Source of the DNA: Ostrea edulis
Taxonomy: Eukaryota
Assembly: GCF_947568905.1 (NCBI RefSeq)
Contig: NC_079169.1
Coordinates: 36,456,001-36,520,000, forward strand
DNA: 64,000 nucleotides
Reading direction: 5' to 3'
Part shown: positions 23,711-37,222 of the stretch, piece after piece
Position numbering within the stretch: position 1 is the stretch's first letter
How the letters are laid out: the number at the start of each line of letters is the position of its first letter
The notes under the pieces: model-generated
Told to the model about the DNA's origin: nothing
The model's input: the letters and a program-made list of their open reading frames with translations, nothing else
Database searches by the model: none
Program-made: the position numbers and the translations under genes

Positions 23711-24365
23711 CAGTAAAATATCTCTATCTCGAAGTCCGAGGGACTTCAAAAAAACTTTGAGATATCCAGGGGTTTGAGATATCCAAATTCGATCTTGAAT
23801 ATTTTTTTTAATGTAATGAGGAAGCGTGTATTATCAAATGCGTTCTCGTAATTATGGGCATTACTTTTTTCAAGCGCACTTCGACAATTTCGTTCGTTTA
23901 TCTAAACCACATGATAATGATATAGTGTGTATCATTCCAAACACCGTCCCTGGAATCGGGCGTATTAGTTCATAATTGGCGGTGGACTTCATCCGTAATG
24001 TGGGAAGGCCTCACTAATTACCCAAGCTGTTGAACCAATTATTGCGACCTGGGTCTACTCGAAAAAGGCGAGCGTGGATTAGCAGTCGATTGGTGAAGCC
24101 GCGGGCGTGAATGTGGGACTTAACGACACCAGGTATGGTAAGCAGAACGGAAAATTGACTGCACTTCAAAATAAACCAGGTGAATTTAGGGCATGGGACC
24201 TTGAAAATACTTCGAAATAAGCGGGGTATTCGAGATTACCATGTTCGAAATATCCGAAGTTTTTTTTAATCATTTATATAGGGAACACGGTTGGGACCAG
24301 TGGTCGACTTCGACTCAAGCGGGGTATTCGAGATAAACCATATTCGAGATACAGATATTTTACTG
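23711..24365. mobile_element. Tc1/mariner-type MITE
   Basis: TA|CAGTAAAATATCT ... AGATATTTTACTG|TA, with repeated TCGAGAT/ATCTCGA motifs inside. Confidence 0.82.
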
Positions 24366-25504
24366 TAATTTGTTTCCTTCATTATCACTGAATTTTTAAG
24401 ATAGTAAGTAATCACCTCTAAAACATTTATGTAACCATATACATTTTATACTAGAAATAAAAATAACTTCTTGACATGTAATAGGTTTAGAGCAATAATA
24501 TTTAGATATATTTATTTATACATATTAATGATATACCTATTTATGTCTTTTAATACAGCATTTTTGTATTACATTTACTACACATCAATATGTTGTATAT
24601 TTTTCAATGCTGTTGATTTTTTATTTTTTTATTTTTTGGAAAATATTTGTGATTACAATCAAAATATCCAGAATAAACACTGAAGTACAGTCCAACATAA
24701 ATGCATGTAATTCATGACAGATTTATGCATTTTTAGGTCACCTAAGTGACTAACTCACTATTGTAACGTGCCTGTAGTGATTATAGTTCACCATTGTGTA
24801 TCATATGATTACGTTAAAATTTGAACATATCCAACTTCTCCTCGAACACTACTGATAAAATACTTGGCACAGTTTGTTTATGGTATCTTTATGGGTAGAG
24901 TAGCAAAAGTCCTGAATTGTATGGTCCTATTTTGCCTGGGGCTTTGTGTTGTAACAAAGCTAAAAAAAAAAATATAATGTGATTTTTAAAACTGTTCTTA
25001 ATTTACTTCTGATCAATAAGGAGACAATTAATATAAATGCAAAGTTGTAATGAAGGCAGGGCCAAGTTATCAAATTCTTAAAATGAACTGAATCTTTAAA
25101 AATGGGGTTTAAGCCTGAACTTTTAACTGACAAACTGGGATCAAGATTACAATGATTGGGTCTCTACCACATGAATTTCATGGCCTCTGGGTCAGGGGTT
25201 ACCCCAGCGCAGAACTATTTGGATCTCATAACAGTAACATGTATACTGAAACTGCTGCAAGTCTTCAAAATGGTTTTCACATTATGCTACAGAAGTTTTA
25301 GATGTCATGACATATCATTTAAAGGTTAAGTTTTAGATGTCATGACATATCATTTAAAGGTTTTGAATTGCAGAATATAAAAATTTGCACCCTAGGTTCA
25401 AGGTGAAGTCAGGTCGATGAGTGCAGAAAATCAAAATTTTAAAAAATGTTTGTGAAATTGCACGATGTCTTCAGGGGTAGAATTTAAAGATGAACACCCT
25501 GTGG

Positions 25505-26055
25505 ATGGGAGTAGGAAGGGGTGAGAGTAGGAAGGGGTGAGAGTAGGAAGGTATGAGAGTAAGAAGGGGTAAGAGTAGGAAGGGGTGAGGAAAGTAGGAA
25601 GGGATGAGAGTAGGAAGGGGTGAGGAGAGTAGGAAGGGGTGAGGAGAGTAGGAAGGGATGAGAGTAAGAAGGGGTAAGAGTAGGAAGGAATGAGAGTAGG
25701 AAGGGATGAGGAGAGTAGGAAGGGGTGAGGAGAATAGGAAGGGATGGGAGTAGGAAGTGGTGAGAGTAGGAAATGATGGGAGTAGGAAGGGATGAGAGTA
25801 GGAAAGGGTGAGAGTAGAAAGGGGTGAGAATAGGAAGGGATGAGGAAAGTAGGAAGGGGTGAGGAGAGTAGGAAGGGGTGAGAGTAAGAAAGAATGAGAG
25901 TGGGAAGGGGTGAGAGTAGGAAAGGATGAGGAGAGTAGGAAGGGGTGAGGAGAGTAAGGAGGGGTGAGAGTAGGAAGGGATGACAGAAGGAAGGCATGAG
26001 AGTAGGAAGGGGTGGGAGGAGAAAGGAGTAGGAGGAATGGGTGAGAGTAAGAAGG
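25505..26055. repeat. Purine-rich degenerate repeat (GAGTAGGAAGGGGT-like)
   Basis: The plus strand is almost devoid of C. It produces the Pro/Ser/Leu/His ORFs on the minus strand. Confidence 0.9.
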
Positions 26056-26426
26056 GATAGCTAACTGAGTCCTTAATTAAAGTTTTAGTAAGGTTTCTGT
26101 TTGACATATAATTTGAAGGGACTTAAAAAGTTAGAATATGTTTTAAAGATGGTTACTCTTAGTGGGATGTAGTTAAGTCATCATGTTGAAAATTTTAATA
26201 ACTATCATACCAAATATGATTGATACTTATGTACTAGCAAGAAGCAACAGTTCCATTTTTGATTTTAAGTAAGTAGGAGTTATAAACTGTGGGTTGGCTT
26301 TTTCTGCATTAAGAACATAAAAAACAAAATATGTCATTTAAATCATTCTACAAGTCAGATATTACCTACAATTCAAATGATACAATAGTTCCAGAATGTA
26401 CAATACAAACTGTCTGCTGCGGTCAT

Positions 26427-27757
26427 ACAGCTCAGCACGGGAAGTGTAAATGTCTAAACACAGCCCAGCACAGAGAGTGTAAATGTCTAAACACACAGCC
26501 CAGCACAGAGAGGGTACATGTCTAAACACACAGCCCAGCACAGAGAGTGTAAATGTCTAAACACACAGCCCAGCACAGAGAGTGTACATGTCTAAACACA
26601 CAGCCCAGCACAGAGAGTGTAAATGTCTAAACACACAGCCCAGCACAGAGAGTGTACATGTCTAAACACACAGCCCAGCACAGAGAGTGTACATGTCTAA
26701 ACACACAGCCCAGCACAGAGAGGGTAAATGTCTAAACACACATTCCAGCACAGAGAGGGTAAATGTCTAAACACACAGCACAGAGAGGGTAAATGTCTAA
26801 ACACACAGCCTAGCACAGAGAGTGTAAATGTCTAAACACACAGCCCAGCAGAGAGAGGGTAAATGTCTAAACACACATTCCAGCACAGAGAGGGTAAATG
26901 TCTAAACACACAGCACAGAGAGGGTAAATGTCTAAACACACAGCCTAGCACAGAGAGTGTAAATGTCTAAACACACAGCCCAGCACAGAGAGGGTAAATG
27001 TCTAAACACACAGCCCAGCACAGAGAGTGTACATGTCTAAACACACAGCCCAGAGACTGTACATGTCTAAACACACAGCCCAGCACAGGGAGTGTACATG
27101 TCTAAACACACAGCCCAGCACAGAGAGGGTAAATGTCTAAACACACAGCCCAGCACAGAGAGAGTAAATGTCTAAACACACAGCCCAACACAGAGAGGGT
27201 AAATGTCTAAACACACAGCCCAGCACAGGGAGTGTATATGTCTAAACACACAGCCCAGCACAGGGAGTGTACATGTCTAAACACACAGCCCAGCACAGAG
27301 AGGGTACATGTCTAAACACACAGCCCAGCACAGAGAGAGTAAATGTCTAAACACACAGCCCAACACAGAGAGTGTAAATGTCTAAACACACAGCCCAGCA
27401 CAGAAAGGGTAAATGTCTAAACACACAGCACAGAGAGGGTAAATGTCTAAACACATAGCCTAGCACAGAGAGTGTAAATGTCTAAACACACAGCCCAGCA
27501 CAGAGAGGGTAAATGTCTAAACACACAGCCTAGCACAGAGAGTGTAAATGTCTAAACACACAGCCCAGCACAGAGACTGTACATGTCTAAACACACAACC
27601 CAGCACAGAGAGTGTAAATGTCTAAACACACAGCCCAGCACAGGGAGTGTACATGTCTAAACACACAGCCCAGCACAGAGAGTGTACAAGTCTAAACACA
27701 GCCCAGCACAGAGAGGGTACATGTCTAAACACACAGCCCAGCACAGGGAGTGTACAT
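26427..27757. repeat. 35-bp minisatellite, about 38 copies
   Basis: Unit gtaaatgtctaaacacacagcccagcacagagagt. Confidence 0.95.
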
Positions 27758-28311
27758 ACCAAAGCACACAGCAAACTACAGGTACATAGTACAGGATTAC
27801 TGACGTATCATTTGTTTAGAACTTTTTTATAGTACATACATGTACATTTGTACTCGGAGAACTGTATTGTACTGACAAAAGTGTAACTGTAAAATGTACT
27901 GATTATAACAGTTACTGCTGCCATGTGTTCTATTGAAGTTAACCATTCCAATCATATATCGCAGTTAAAGGAAGTGAATTTTTTTTAAAATTTCAATCTT
28001 TAGCTTTGTTTGCTCAGTTGCATGCATATCAATAAGCTGATTAAGGACATGTGCAACCTTTCTCAATAATAGAGAATTTTGTGTGACATTTCATGTACAA
28101 TTCAGTTGCATTCTGTCTCATTTGTGCAAAGAATCTTGGGGTATGTTATCAGCATATTTTGATAGTTCCTGGTTGTTACAAGTAAAGATGTAAAGTGGGT
28201 TCTCGTGTATTACAGTAAGTGTATGAATGAACATTGCTATGGGAAGAAGGAGAGAAAAATCTTTGGAATAATTGGATACCAAACCAGGGACCTTTGCAGT
28301 ACATGTACTAG

Positions 28312-29540
28312 TATATGTATACCATTTAATTATAATTACTATAGAAATATGTATACATTGTAATTATAAATATGTATACATTGTAATGATAAATATGTAT
28401 GCATTGTAATTATAAATATGTATACATTGTAATTATAAATATGTATGCATTGTAATGATAAATATGTATGCATTGTAATTATAAATATGTATACATTGTA
28501 ATTATAATTAATGTAAGAATATGTATACAATTTGATTATTAAACTGTATATATACATTTTAATTATACATTACTATAGTACTATAGGAATATGTATACAT
28601 TTTGATTATAATTAATATAAGAATATGTATACAATGTAATTATTATTATTATGTATACATTTTTTAGGGGCATAGACACGATTTGAGCTGAAAATTTTCA
28701 ATTTTTATTTTTCCATTTTTATTGTTTACAATGCTTAACTAAAGTATTTCTGATGGTCAAATCAAAATTTGATATCATTTGTTGAGTTGCAAGTTGCACT
28801 CACAACTCTTTGTTATGTAAATAAGGCTCATATATTGCTTGATAGAAAATAGCATGTTTAAAATGAGATGTGCCAAACACTAGAAACTATTTAATTGTGT
28901 TCAGAATTAACTTGTGAATTGAAAAAAATCTGCTCTAAACGAAACTTTTAATAGTATATTTAGCCTATGTAGAGAAAAACATAGCATGAGCCTTGATTAC
29001 ATCACAAAGAATTGTGAGCTCTGTATCTCCCATGTACTTTGACAACTAACAATCAGATTTTGCTGACCATTAGAAATACCTTAGTTAAGCATAATCTAAA
29101 CATTGAAATTGACAAAATAAAAATTGAAAATTTTCAGCTCAAATCGTGTCCATGCCCCTTTAATTAACTATAGGAATATGTATACATTGTAATTATTATC
29201 ATTAATATGTATACATTTTAATCATGATTGATATATGAATATGTATACATTGTAATTATAATTACTATATGAATATGTATACATTATAATTATTATCATT
29301 ATACATGTAGACATTTTAATCATAATTGATACTTGATTATGTATACATTGTAATTATTAACATGTATACATTTTAATTATGATTACTATATGAATATGTA
29401 TACATTGTAATTATTATCATTATACATGCTAATTATAATTGCTATATGGATATGTATACATTGTAATTATTATTAACATGTCTACATTTTAATTATAATT
29501 ACTATATGAATATGTATACATTGTAATTGCTATAAATGAA
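28312..29540. repeat. AT-rich degenerate minisatellite (ATGTATACATTGTAATTAT core), interrupted by a MITE
   Basis: The core recurs on both sides of 28666-29159. Confidence 0.85.
28666..29159. mobile_element. Kolobok-like MITE, uninterrupted 494-bp copy
   Basis: AGGGGCATAGACACGATTTGAGCTGAAAATTTTC ... GAAAATTTTCAGCTCAAATCGTGTCCATGCCCCT|TTAA. Same family as 19567-21232. Confidence 0.82.
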
Positions 29541-31881
29541 ACTTGTGTAAAGCAGTATTGGTTGACCATTGTAGTACAAAGAGAAACCATAGAAAGAAAG
29601 TGAATATATTTACTTGTTATTTATAAATGCATATATTTCATAAGGTTGGTGTTACAGAATTGTAATTCATATGTATCTAGTATGCATACTTTTTACAAAT
29701 GACATGGCTTATCACATTTAGGCAGTGTCTTGGATTGATGTATGTATATCCATTGTCATCAATCAATTTTGTTTGGTTTTTGCAGTTGTTGAATTTTTGT
29801 TTTTGCCATTGATCGTAATTCTGCCTGCCATGTCAAAGATCAATGCTTTTTAATCACATCAGTGTATTGTTTTTAAAGTAGGCAGATCCATTCTACATGG
29901 GAGTCACTGAGCCTTCTTCTTTGTTATAAGAAAGAGTTTAAGGATTGGGTACTATGTTGTGCATATGACTATATTGATAGCAATGTATGTTGTTATAGAC
30001 ATGTAATTGTTTCGTTTATTCAATGTGTATTACAAAAAAAAAAAAGTTTTTGTCTTATGAAGTGCACTTCTGTTGCACATTTAACAGTTAGGAGGAATGG
30101 AATTCTGTAGAAGTTGGTTAAAAGTTTTTAAAATGCACTTGAGCACTTTCATTCCAAAAACGTTATTGATTGATAATAACACTGTTTTTTGTATTGTATT
30201 GTTTATTGGCTTACGGCTCGTCGGCTGTTTTCACAAATTTTACTGAACAAATCTGTATAAAATTTCCAAGATAAATTAAAGGGTAATTTTAAGACATATA
30301 TTTATAAATGATATATTTTCTTATAAGGTCTACAAACTATAGTGTGTCTTTAGATAAGTGTTAGCTGCCATAAAATAATGTTAAATATTTTAAAAAGTGC
30401 CTTTGTGAGGCTGTTCAACTTTATTAGCTGCAATAGATCTATACCAAAATCCAATCTGTGTATAGTGTATGTTTTTTGTATTCAAGGGGGAAAACTCTGC
30501 TCTCTTCTAGTCTGGCATCATCTCAAGCCACGGGGTTTGCATGATTGCTATTCTGTAGTCACATTGTAGTGGTGGAAGTAGAATGGACATATGGCCTGTG
30601 GTTTACTGACTTCATTATGATTACTCCTTTGCTATAGAGGACACAAATCTCTGACCAGCGGTGGATGTTGCATATTTTGCGCTATTCGTTATATTGACTT
30701 CTTCAACAACAAGGAGTTTTGGTGGCGTGCTCGATCGTCTCTAGGTGGTAGGTCGTGGGTTTGATCCCAAGGGATACTGATACCTCGTGTCAGGTTAGGC
30801 GTCAGCATGATTAAGAATACGTATTGTCCCAGTCTAAATATAAGGTGCACCCCACGCTCAATGGCAAGATTATAGATAATCACATTTATAGATAACATGT
30901 GAATCTATAAAGCCTAATAGGATCGCTAAAGAAAGCAATTCTAAAGGCGTAATAATGCGAATCGGAGGCGTTATAACGTGAATCAAAGGCGTGACAATGC
31001 GAAATAAAGGCGTAATAATGCGAAGCAAGAGTGATAACGCGAAATTAAAGGGTGTTGTAATGTACAAGATGCAGGTGCTGTGGACCTGCCACTCTCGTCA
31101 AGTTGCCGTCTGTGAGTACTTTGAATTAATCTGGGTTGAGATTCGATACTTGTCAGTATATTTTGTTTCTGTGGCTCTTCCCTTGCCTGATTGTTAAAGA
31201 AACAACAACCCCCAACCCCTAAATCGCCAAATTGTAACTGACGGCAAATAAAATGAAAAATAAAAGAACAAATATTTAGCATGTGTGATTGAATATATAT
31301 AACTTCATAGAATCAGAGTAAATCTGAAGCAATAAACCCGTCAAATCAGCAGAAAATGTCGATTCATGAATCCTTGAAATCCTGCTTGTAATCTCCGATG
31401 TTCATTGACCTCGGAGGTCACCAGTTCGGAAAAAAGCAAAAGAGGCATGCCGCACGTGTCGGATTTGTCAGACTGCTGATCTGTAGATCTAAGTAGAAAT
31501 ATTTACATTACCTTCGATATATTTACCAATGAAGTGACAGTCATTTCCTCATGAATGTGAACAATGTACGTATGAATCTTGATAAATATAAATACGGCTA
31601 TTTTACCGGCTGGAAATATTCCGACAGTAATGAAAGTAAATTAGATATAAAAAATTAAATCCATTTTTTTTTTAAATACAGGTAGGTTTGAATTGCTACG
31701 CTTCACGCTGGCATGATTTTCATGAAAGGCTGGTAAAGCACTTCACGAAGTATGCTGGCGTAAAGTGTCGCAGTTCTAAAAAAAAAAAAAAAATAAAAAA
31801 AAAAAATTATTTCTTTATGTGGCCTTAGAACGGTGGGCGTTCCCCTATAGCACGTACAGTATCTCATTGGAAACACATGTT

Positions 31882-32154
31882 AACGGATCCCATGGGGATC
31901 CGAGTTAGAATAGGTCCTCAGTACCCCTTGCTTGTCGTAGAAGGCGATTAAATGGGACGGTCCTTCGGATGAGACCGCAAAAATCGAGGTCCCGTGTTAC
32001 AGCAGGTGTGGTACGATAAAGATCCCTCCCTGCTCAAATTAAGGCCGTAAGCACCGAACATAGGCTTAAAAAGCCCTTCATCGGCAGTGGTGACGTCTCC
32101 ATGTGAGTGAAATATTCTCGAGAGGGACGTTAAACAACATTCAATCAATCAATC
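31882..32154 (+). mobile_element. SINE-like short retroposon with (TCAA)n tail
   Basis: GC-rich body (cggatcccatggggatccg...cagcaggtgtggtacgataaagatccc...) ending in tcaatcaatcaatc. A degenerate relative lies near 32930-33150. Confidence 0.6.
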
Positions 32155-32159
32155 ATATT

Positions 32160-32717
32160 AACGGCAAACTAACAACTTGGCTTTATAATTAGCAGGATGA
32201 TTTCAACTTCTCCATCGTCAACTTCCCATTATCTATGTAGCAATATTCCATTATCACCTGCATATGGTGTTATGTCTCTCAACTGATTCGATACGCAAGA
32301 ACCTGTTTTGTGCATGATAAGTTTTTAAATAGGGGCAGGCTACTGACAAACAAGTTGATGGTGCAGGGGTTTCAACAGTCTCGTTTAAAGTCAGTATTTT
32401 ACAAATTCTGTGGTCATTAAAACGATCTAGTTTGCCAATACAGCCTATCATTAGGTTCAATGCTGTCTGACGTGTTTCATACCGATTGTTAGGTCGTTTT
32501 TGGCTCACTGATTTTGACTACGGATTACTCCGTTAACCTGATCAATATACAGGACTCACGGCGGATGTGACCGGTGGACAGGGGATGCTTTCTTCTCTTA
32601 CATGGAGGCACCTGCTCCCACCTCTGGTATGTTCAGGGGTCCATATTTGCCCAACTCTTTATTTTGTATTCCTTGTGGGAGTTATGAGATTGATTGCTGT
32701 TCGTTATCTTCTTTCAT
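32160..32717 (+). mobile_element. Penelope-like retroelement 3' fragment (RT thumb plus 3' UTR), decayed
   Basis: NGKLTT.LY..DDFNFSIVNFP..SNIPLSPAYG..SQLIRYAR.C...FLNRGRLLTNKLMVQGFQQSRLKS...DVFHTDC*, with stops and frameshifts. The same 3' UTR recurs at 42681-43176 (-) and 45953-46165 (+). Confidence 0.65.
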
Positions 32718-33724
32718 GATAGAATGTCCTCTATAGCATGTCTTGGGTTCGGGTAGTACGGTCTGAACTATGGAGAGAGAAACTTACGATTATATTATAA
32801 GAGGATAAAATTCAGCTTTGTTTTACCTTATATGGGTTAAGTGAAGTCTTTTCACACTAATTTATACATATACAACCAGTCGTTGTCTTTGTCAAGACTG
32901 TAGCTCTATGGGGTACATAATACCTGGTAATAAAGCTCACGTTTTATTGCTGGTGAATTCCGAGGGATTGGGGAGACCCACTCTACAGTCAGCTTTCCGG
33001 AGGATAAAACATGATGGGGGAGGGGGTCCTCCCGGCCTTTAGCGCCAGGCATGGGTCAAACTTTGTGGCACTTCATCTACAGCTGGTGATTTCTAAGTAT
33101 GAGTGAAAATTAAATCTCGAAAGGGATCGATTTAATACAAGTAAACAAAATAAGAATATATCGGAACTCTCTGAGGTGTTGTGTATTAAGAATAGAACAA
33201 GCATCCGTAGAATCTCTCTTTAAGTTTAAAAAAGAAAGGGTATACATGTAGTTTAACTTGCTGCGATTTTGTCTGAGCTATTTCCAAAGTTCAATCCTTT
33301 TTGTAATGAGTATGTTAATGAAATACATTTAAAATTCATTTCATTAAGCTTTTTGAAAATTTCGGTGTTTGGTTTAGTTAGGGGGAATGGTTTACCTTGG
33401 TGTTTTGGTTTTTTTATGAGACTAAATCAGTTTTAAGTTTAGAGCTTATACAATGTTGATATGCTTCACTCTCGAGTTACTACTACTCCGATTTACATTT
33501 TACAACTGATGTCATGGAAACACTGATACATTGCCCCATACTTTACTGTGAAGGTCGGATAATGCTATTCCGTTGTACGAACCGAAGGGAACAACGACTG
33601 CACTGTCCAAAGTAAAACAATAATTTTTCCTGCATATTGCCTTTAAAAAGCAAGCAAACTACTATTTATGATTTGCATCAAACGTTCGAAATTCTCATTA
33701 CTAAATGCCAAATGCTTTAATTCA

Positions 33725-33813
33725 TTTTTAGCTCACCTGAACCGAAGGTTCAAGTGAGCTTTTCTGATCGCTTTTTGTCCGTCGTCTGTCTGTTAAACTT
33801 TTCACATTTTCGA

Positions 33814-33851
<38 letters not shown>

Positions 33852-34941
33852 ATGGCCAAAAGCATCCTTGGGTGAAGGGCTTTCAAGTTTGTTCAAATGA
33901 AGGGCCATATCCCTTTCAAAGGGGAGATAATCACAAAAATGCAAAAATAGGGTGGGGTCATTTAAAAATCTTCTTCTCAAGAACCACTGGGCCAGAAAAG
34001 CTGAAATTTACGTGAAAGCTTTCTGACAAATTGTAGATTCAAGTTTGAACAAATCATGGCCCCCGGTGGTAGGATGGGGCCACAAGGGGGGATCAAAGTT
34101 TTACATACAAATATATAGGGAAAAACTTTAAAAATCTTCTTCTCAAGAACCACTAAGCCAGAAAAGCTGAGATTTACATGAAAGCTTCCTGACATAATGC
34201 AAATTCAAGTTTGTTCAAATCATGGGCCCCTGGGGTTGGATGGGGCCACAATAGGGGATCAAAGTTTTACATACAAATATATAGGAAAAATCTTTAAAAA
34301 TCTTCTTCTCAAGAACCACTGAGCCAGAAAAGCTGATCTTTACATGAAAACTTTCTGACATAGTGCAGATTCAAGTTTGTTAAAATCATGACCCCCGGTG
34401 GTAGGATGGGGCCACAAGGGAGATCAAAATTTTACATACAAATATATAGGGAAAAACTTTAAAAATCTTCTTCTCAAGAACCACTAAGCCAGAAAAGCTG
34501 AGATTTACATGAAAGCTTCCTGACTTAATGCAGATTCAAGTTTGTTCAAATCATGGGCTCCGGGGGTTGGATGCCCGGGGCCACAAGGGGGATCAAAGTT
34601 TTACATACAAATATATAGTTAAAATCTTTTTCTCAAGAACCACTGAGCCAGAAAAGCTGATTTTTACATGAAAACTTTCTGACATAGTGCAGATTCAAAT
34701 TTGTTCAAATCATGGCCCCCGGGGGTAGGATGGGGCCACAAGGGGGGATCAAAGTTTTACATACAAATATATAGGGAAAAACTTTTAAAATCTTCTTCTC
34801 AAGAACCACTAAGCCAGAAAAGCTGAGATTTACATGAAAGCTTCCTGACATAATGCAGATTCAAGTTTGTTCAAATCATGGGCTCCGGGGGTTGGATGGG
34901 GCCACAAAAGGGGATCAAAGTTTTACATACAAATATATAGG

Positions 34942-34972
<31 letters not shown>

Positions 34973-35467
34973 GAAAAGCTGATTTTTACATGAAAACTTC
35001 CTGACATAGTGCAGATTCAAGTTTGTTCAAATCATGGCCCCCGGGGGTAGGATGGGGCCACAAGGGGGGATCAAAGTTTTACATACAAATATATAGTTAA
35101 AATCTTTTTCTCAATAATAACCACTGAGTCAGAAAAGCTGATATTTACAAGAAAACTTTCTGACATAGTGCAGATTCAAATTTGTTCAAATCATGGCCCC
35201 CGGGGGTAGGATGGGGCCACAAGTGGGGGGTGGTCAAAGTTTTACATACAAATATAGGAAAAAGCTTTAAAAATCTTCTCAAGAACCATTGGGCCGAAGA
35301 AGTTGACATTTACATGAAAGCTTTCTGACATAGTGTAGATTCAAGTTTGCAAAGGGTAGTTTGGGCCATAATAGGGACTAAGGTTTTACATGCAAATATA
35401 TATGGAAAGTCTTCAGATATGGGCCAAGGTGACTCAGGTGAGCGATGTGGCCCATGTGCCTCTTGTT
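33725..35467. mobile_element. Complete HINE (non-autonomous Helentron-type) with about 9 Cg170/HindIII-like ~165-bp monomers
   Basis: Subterminal inverted repeats GCTCACCTGA / TCAGGTGAGC, hairpin cacctgaaccgaaggttcaagtg, (CTGT)n tract, nine copies of tcttctcaagaaccact...gattcaagtttg...atggggccacaa, and CTCTTGTT end. Confidence 0.88.
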
Positions 35468-35899
35468 TAGAACTAATATATGTATTACGTACTTGCAGAC
35501 ATCCGTTAAGCTCCCCAAATTCGAACAAATCTCATTATAGAACGCTGTTTTGGAGCAAAGTATTGATTTAGAATATTGGTATTGCAGTTTTGACAAAAGG
35601 TTATACATGTATTCCAAAAATATATATAAATCATGACCAATTGTTAACCGGTGTATCAAAGTATTATTTCAAAATGCGTTTATATGATTCATTTTAGCGG
35701 ACTTTGAAATTCAAGATGTATGTTGTTTGTTCTTTTTCAGTATTGATCACGAAAGTCGGATGGGCTCAATTTTGGGGAAGAAAACCAAATCACTTGTTTT
35801 ACCGTTAGGAATTACGATGTAGTATCTCGTTGAATAAATAAATGTTTATTCGGTATATACATACATAAATAGCAAGGATAACCCATGAAAGCTCGAAAG

Positions 35900-36075
35900 C
35901 TTATTTCCAATGCGGTCCTTTCATGCACGGATGTTTGCGCTGGGGGTCATTTATGTGGGAGGAAACCAGTGGAACTCACGTGTCCGAGCGGGCGACCGCC
36001 ATACCCTCTCACATACAACCACTGCCGATCACGGGGATCAAACTCAGATCGCATCGGTGAGAAGCGAGAGTGCTG
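35900..36075 (-). mobile_element. Degenerate tRNA-headed SINE with a GGTTTCCTCCCAC core motif
   Basis: Minus strand: B-box-like GAGTTTGATCCCC, then ...ccactggtttcctcccaca, a motif of conserved-core SINE superfamilies. Confidence 0.45.
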
Positions 36076-36328
36076 ATACGACACGGTATGTAACAACGAC
36101 ACGGTATGTAACAACGAGACGGTATGTAACAATTTGTTACATACCGTAGCACGAATGGCGACGCTAAATAACAATTTTATTTTTTGTTACATAACGTCGC
36201 CATACCTGCTACGCTTTGTAACAAATTGTTACATACCGTGCAGGGACTGTAACTTTTTGGGGGTGATTCCAGGAGAGAAAAAACAACAAAGTTTTGTTGT
36301 CCTTTTAATCTTTGTGAGTTGGTATATG

Positions 36329-36704
36329 CAGTGGCGGATTTAGGGGGGGGGGGGGGCTAAAATTGTCAAAATTAAGGTAAATCGTGGTCACTTGTTTAGA
36401 AATATGTGAACGATAAAAGAAGCAATAATTTCTTCCACTCTCGGAGAAATAAATGACAAAATCTTTGATTTGTTGAAGGATTTTTATTGGGAGAACTTAT
36501 ATTTTTTCCAAAAACCCTTAAAATTTGCATCATTTTTATTAATTTCACCTTATTAAAAATGGCAGGAAAGAGTAAAAATGATGACTTAGGAGACATACTT
36601 CTAGCCCTATAAAATCTGTAAAATCCAGGAGCTTCCAGGGGTTTCGCCCCCTGGGCCTCACAAACTTGCGCCCCCCTTAACCGTAATTCCTCGATCCGCC
36701 CCTG
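36329..36704. mobile_element. MITE with CAG/CTG termini and 5-bp TSD (hAT-like)
   Basis: CAGTGGCGGAT / ATCCGCCCCTG termini. ATATG on both flanks (36324-36328, 36705-36709). Confidence 0.78.
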
Positions 36705-36772
36705 ATATGTACATATGTATATGTGTGTGACTTTCATGTAAATCCACATTCAATGTTTTTTTCATTCTTACC

Positions 36773-37191
36773 CATAGGCGCCTGGGTCAAGGATATTGCA
36801 CTATAACCTATATGTAAACAATGGAGGAAATTCGAACCACGCATAAATATTTCTCTCTGATCTATGGTGTCTCTTTATACATTTTTTCATGTTCCAGGAA
36901 GCTTAAATACACGTGTCATTATCACAGAACACTAATTTATACACGTTTTAAAAAATGTCTTATCCCACTGATTCATAATAGCCTACATAACAAGGATGAA
37001 TCAGTGGGAAATGACATTTTTTAAAACGTGTTTAAATTAGTGTTCTGTGATAATGACACGTGTATTTAAGCTTCCTGGAACATGAAAAAATGTATAAAGA
37101 GACACCATAGATCAGAGAGAAATATTTATGCGTGGTTCGAATTTCCTCCATTGTTTACATATAGGTTTAGCTGCAATAATGTAGCCCTCTC

Positions 37192-37222
<31 letters not shown>

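Noticed and set aside
25431-26107. Pro/Ser/Leu-rich ORFs
   Set aside because: They are translations of the purine-rich repeat's complementary strand.
26427-27757. CRISPR-like array (35-37-bp repeats here and at 41146)
   Set aside because: The repeats are head-to-tail without unique spacers, the context is eukaryotic, and there are no cas genes.
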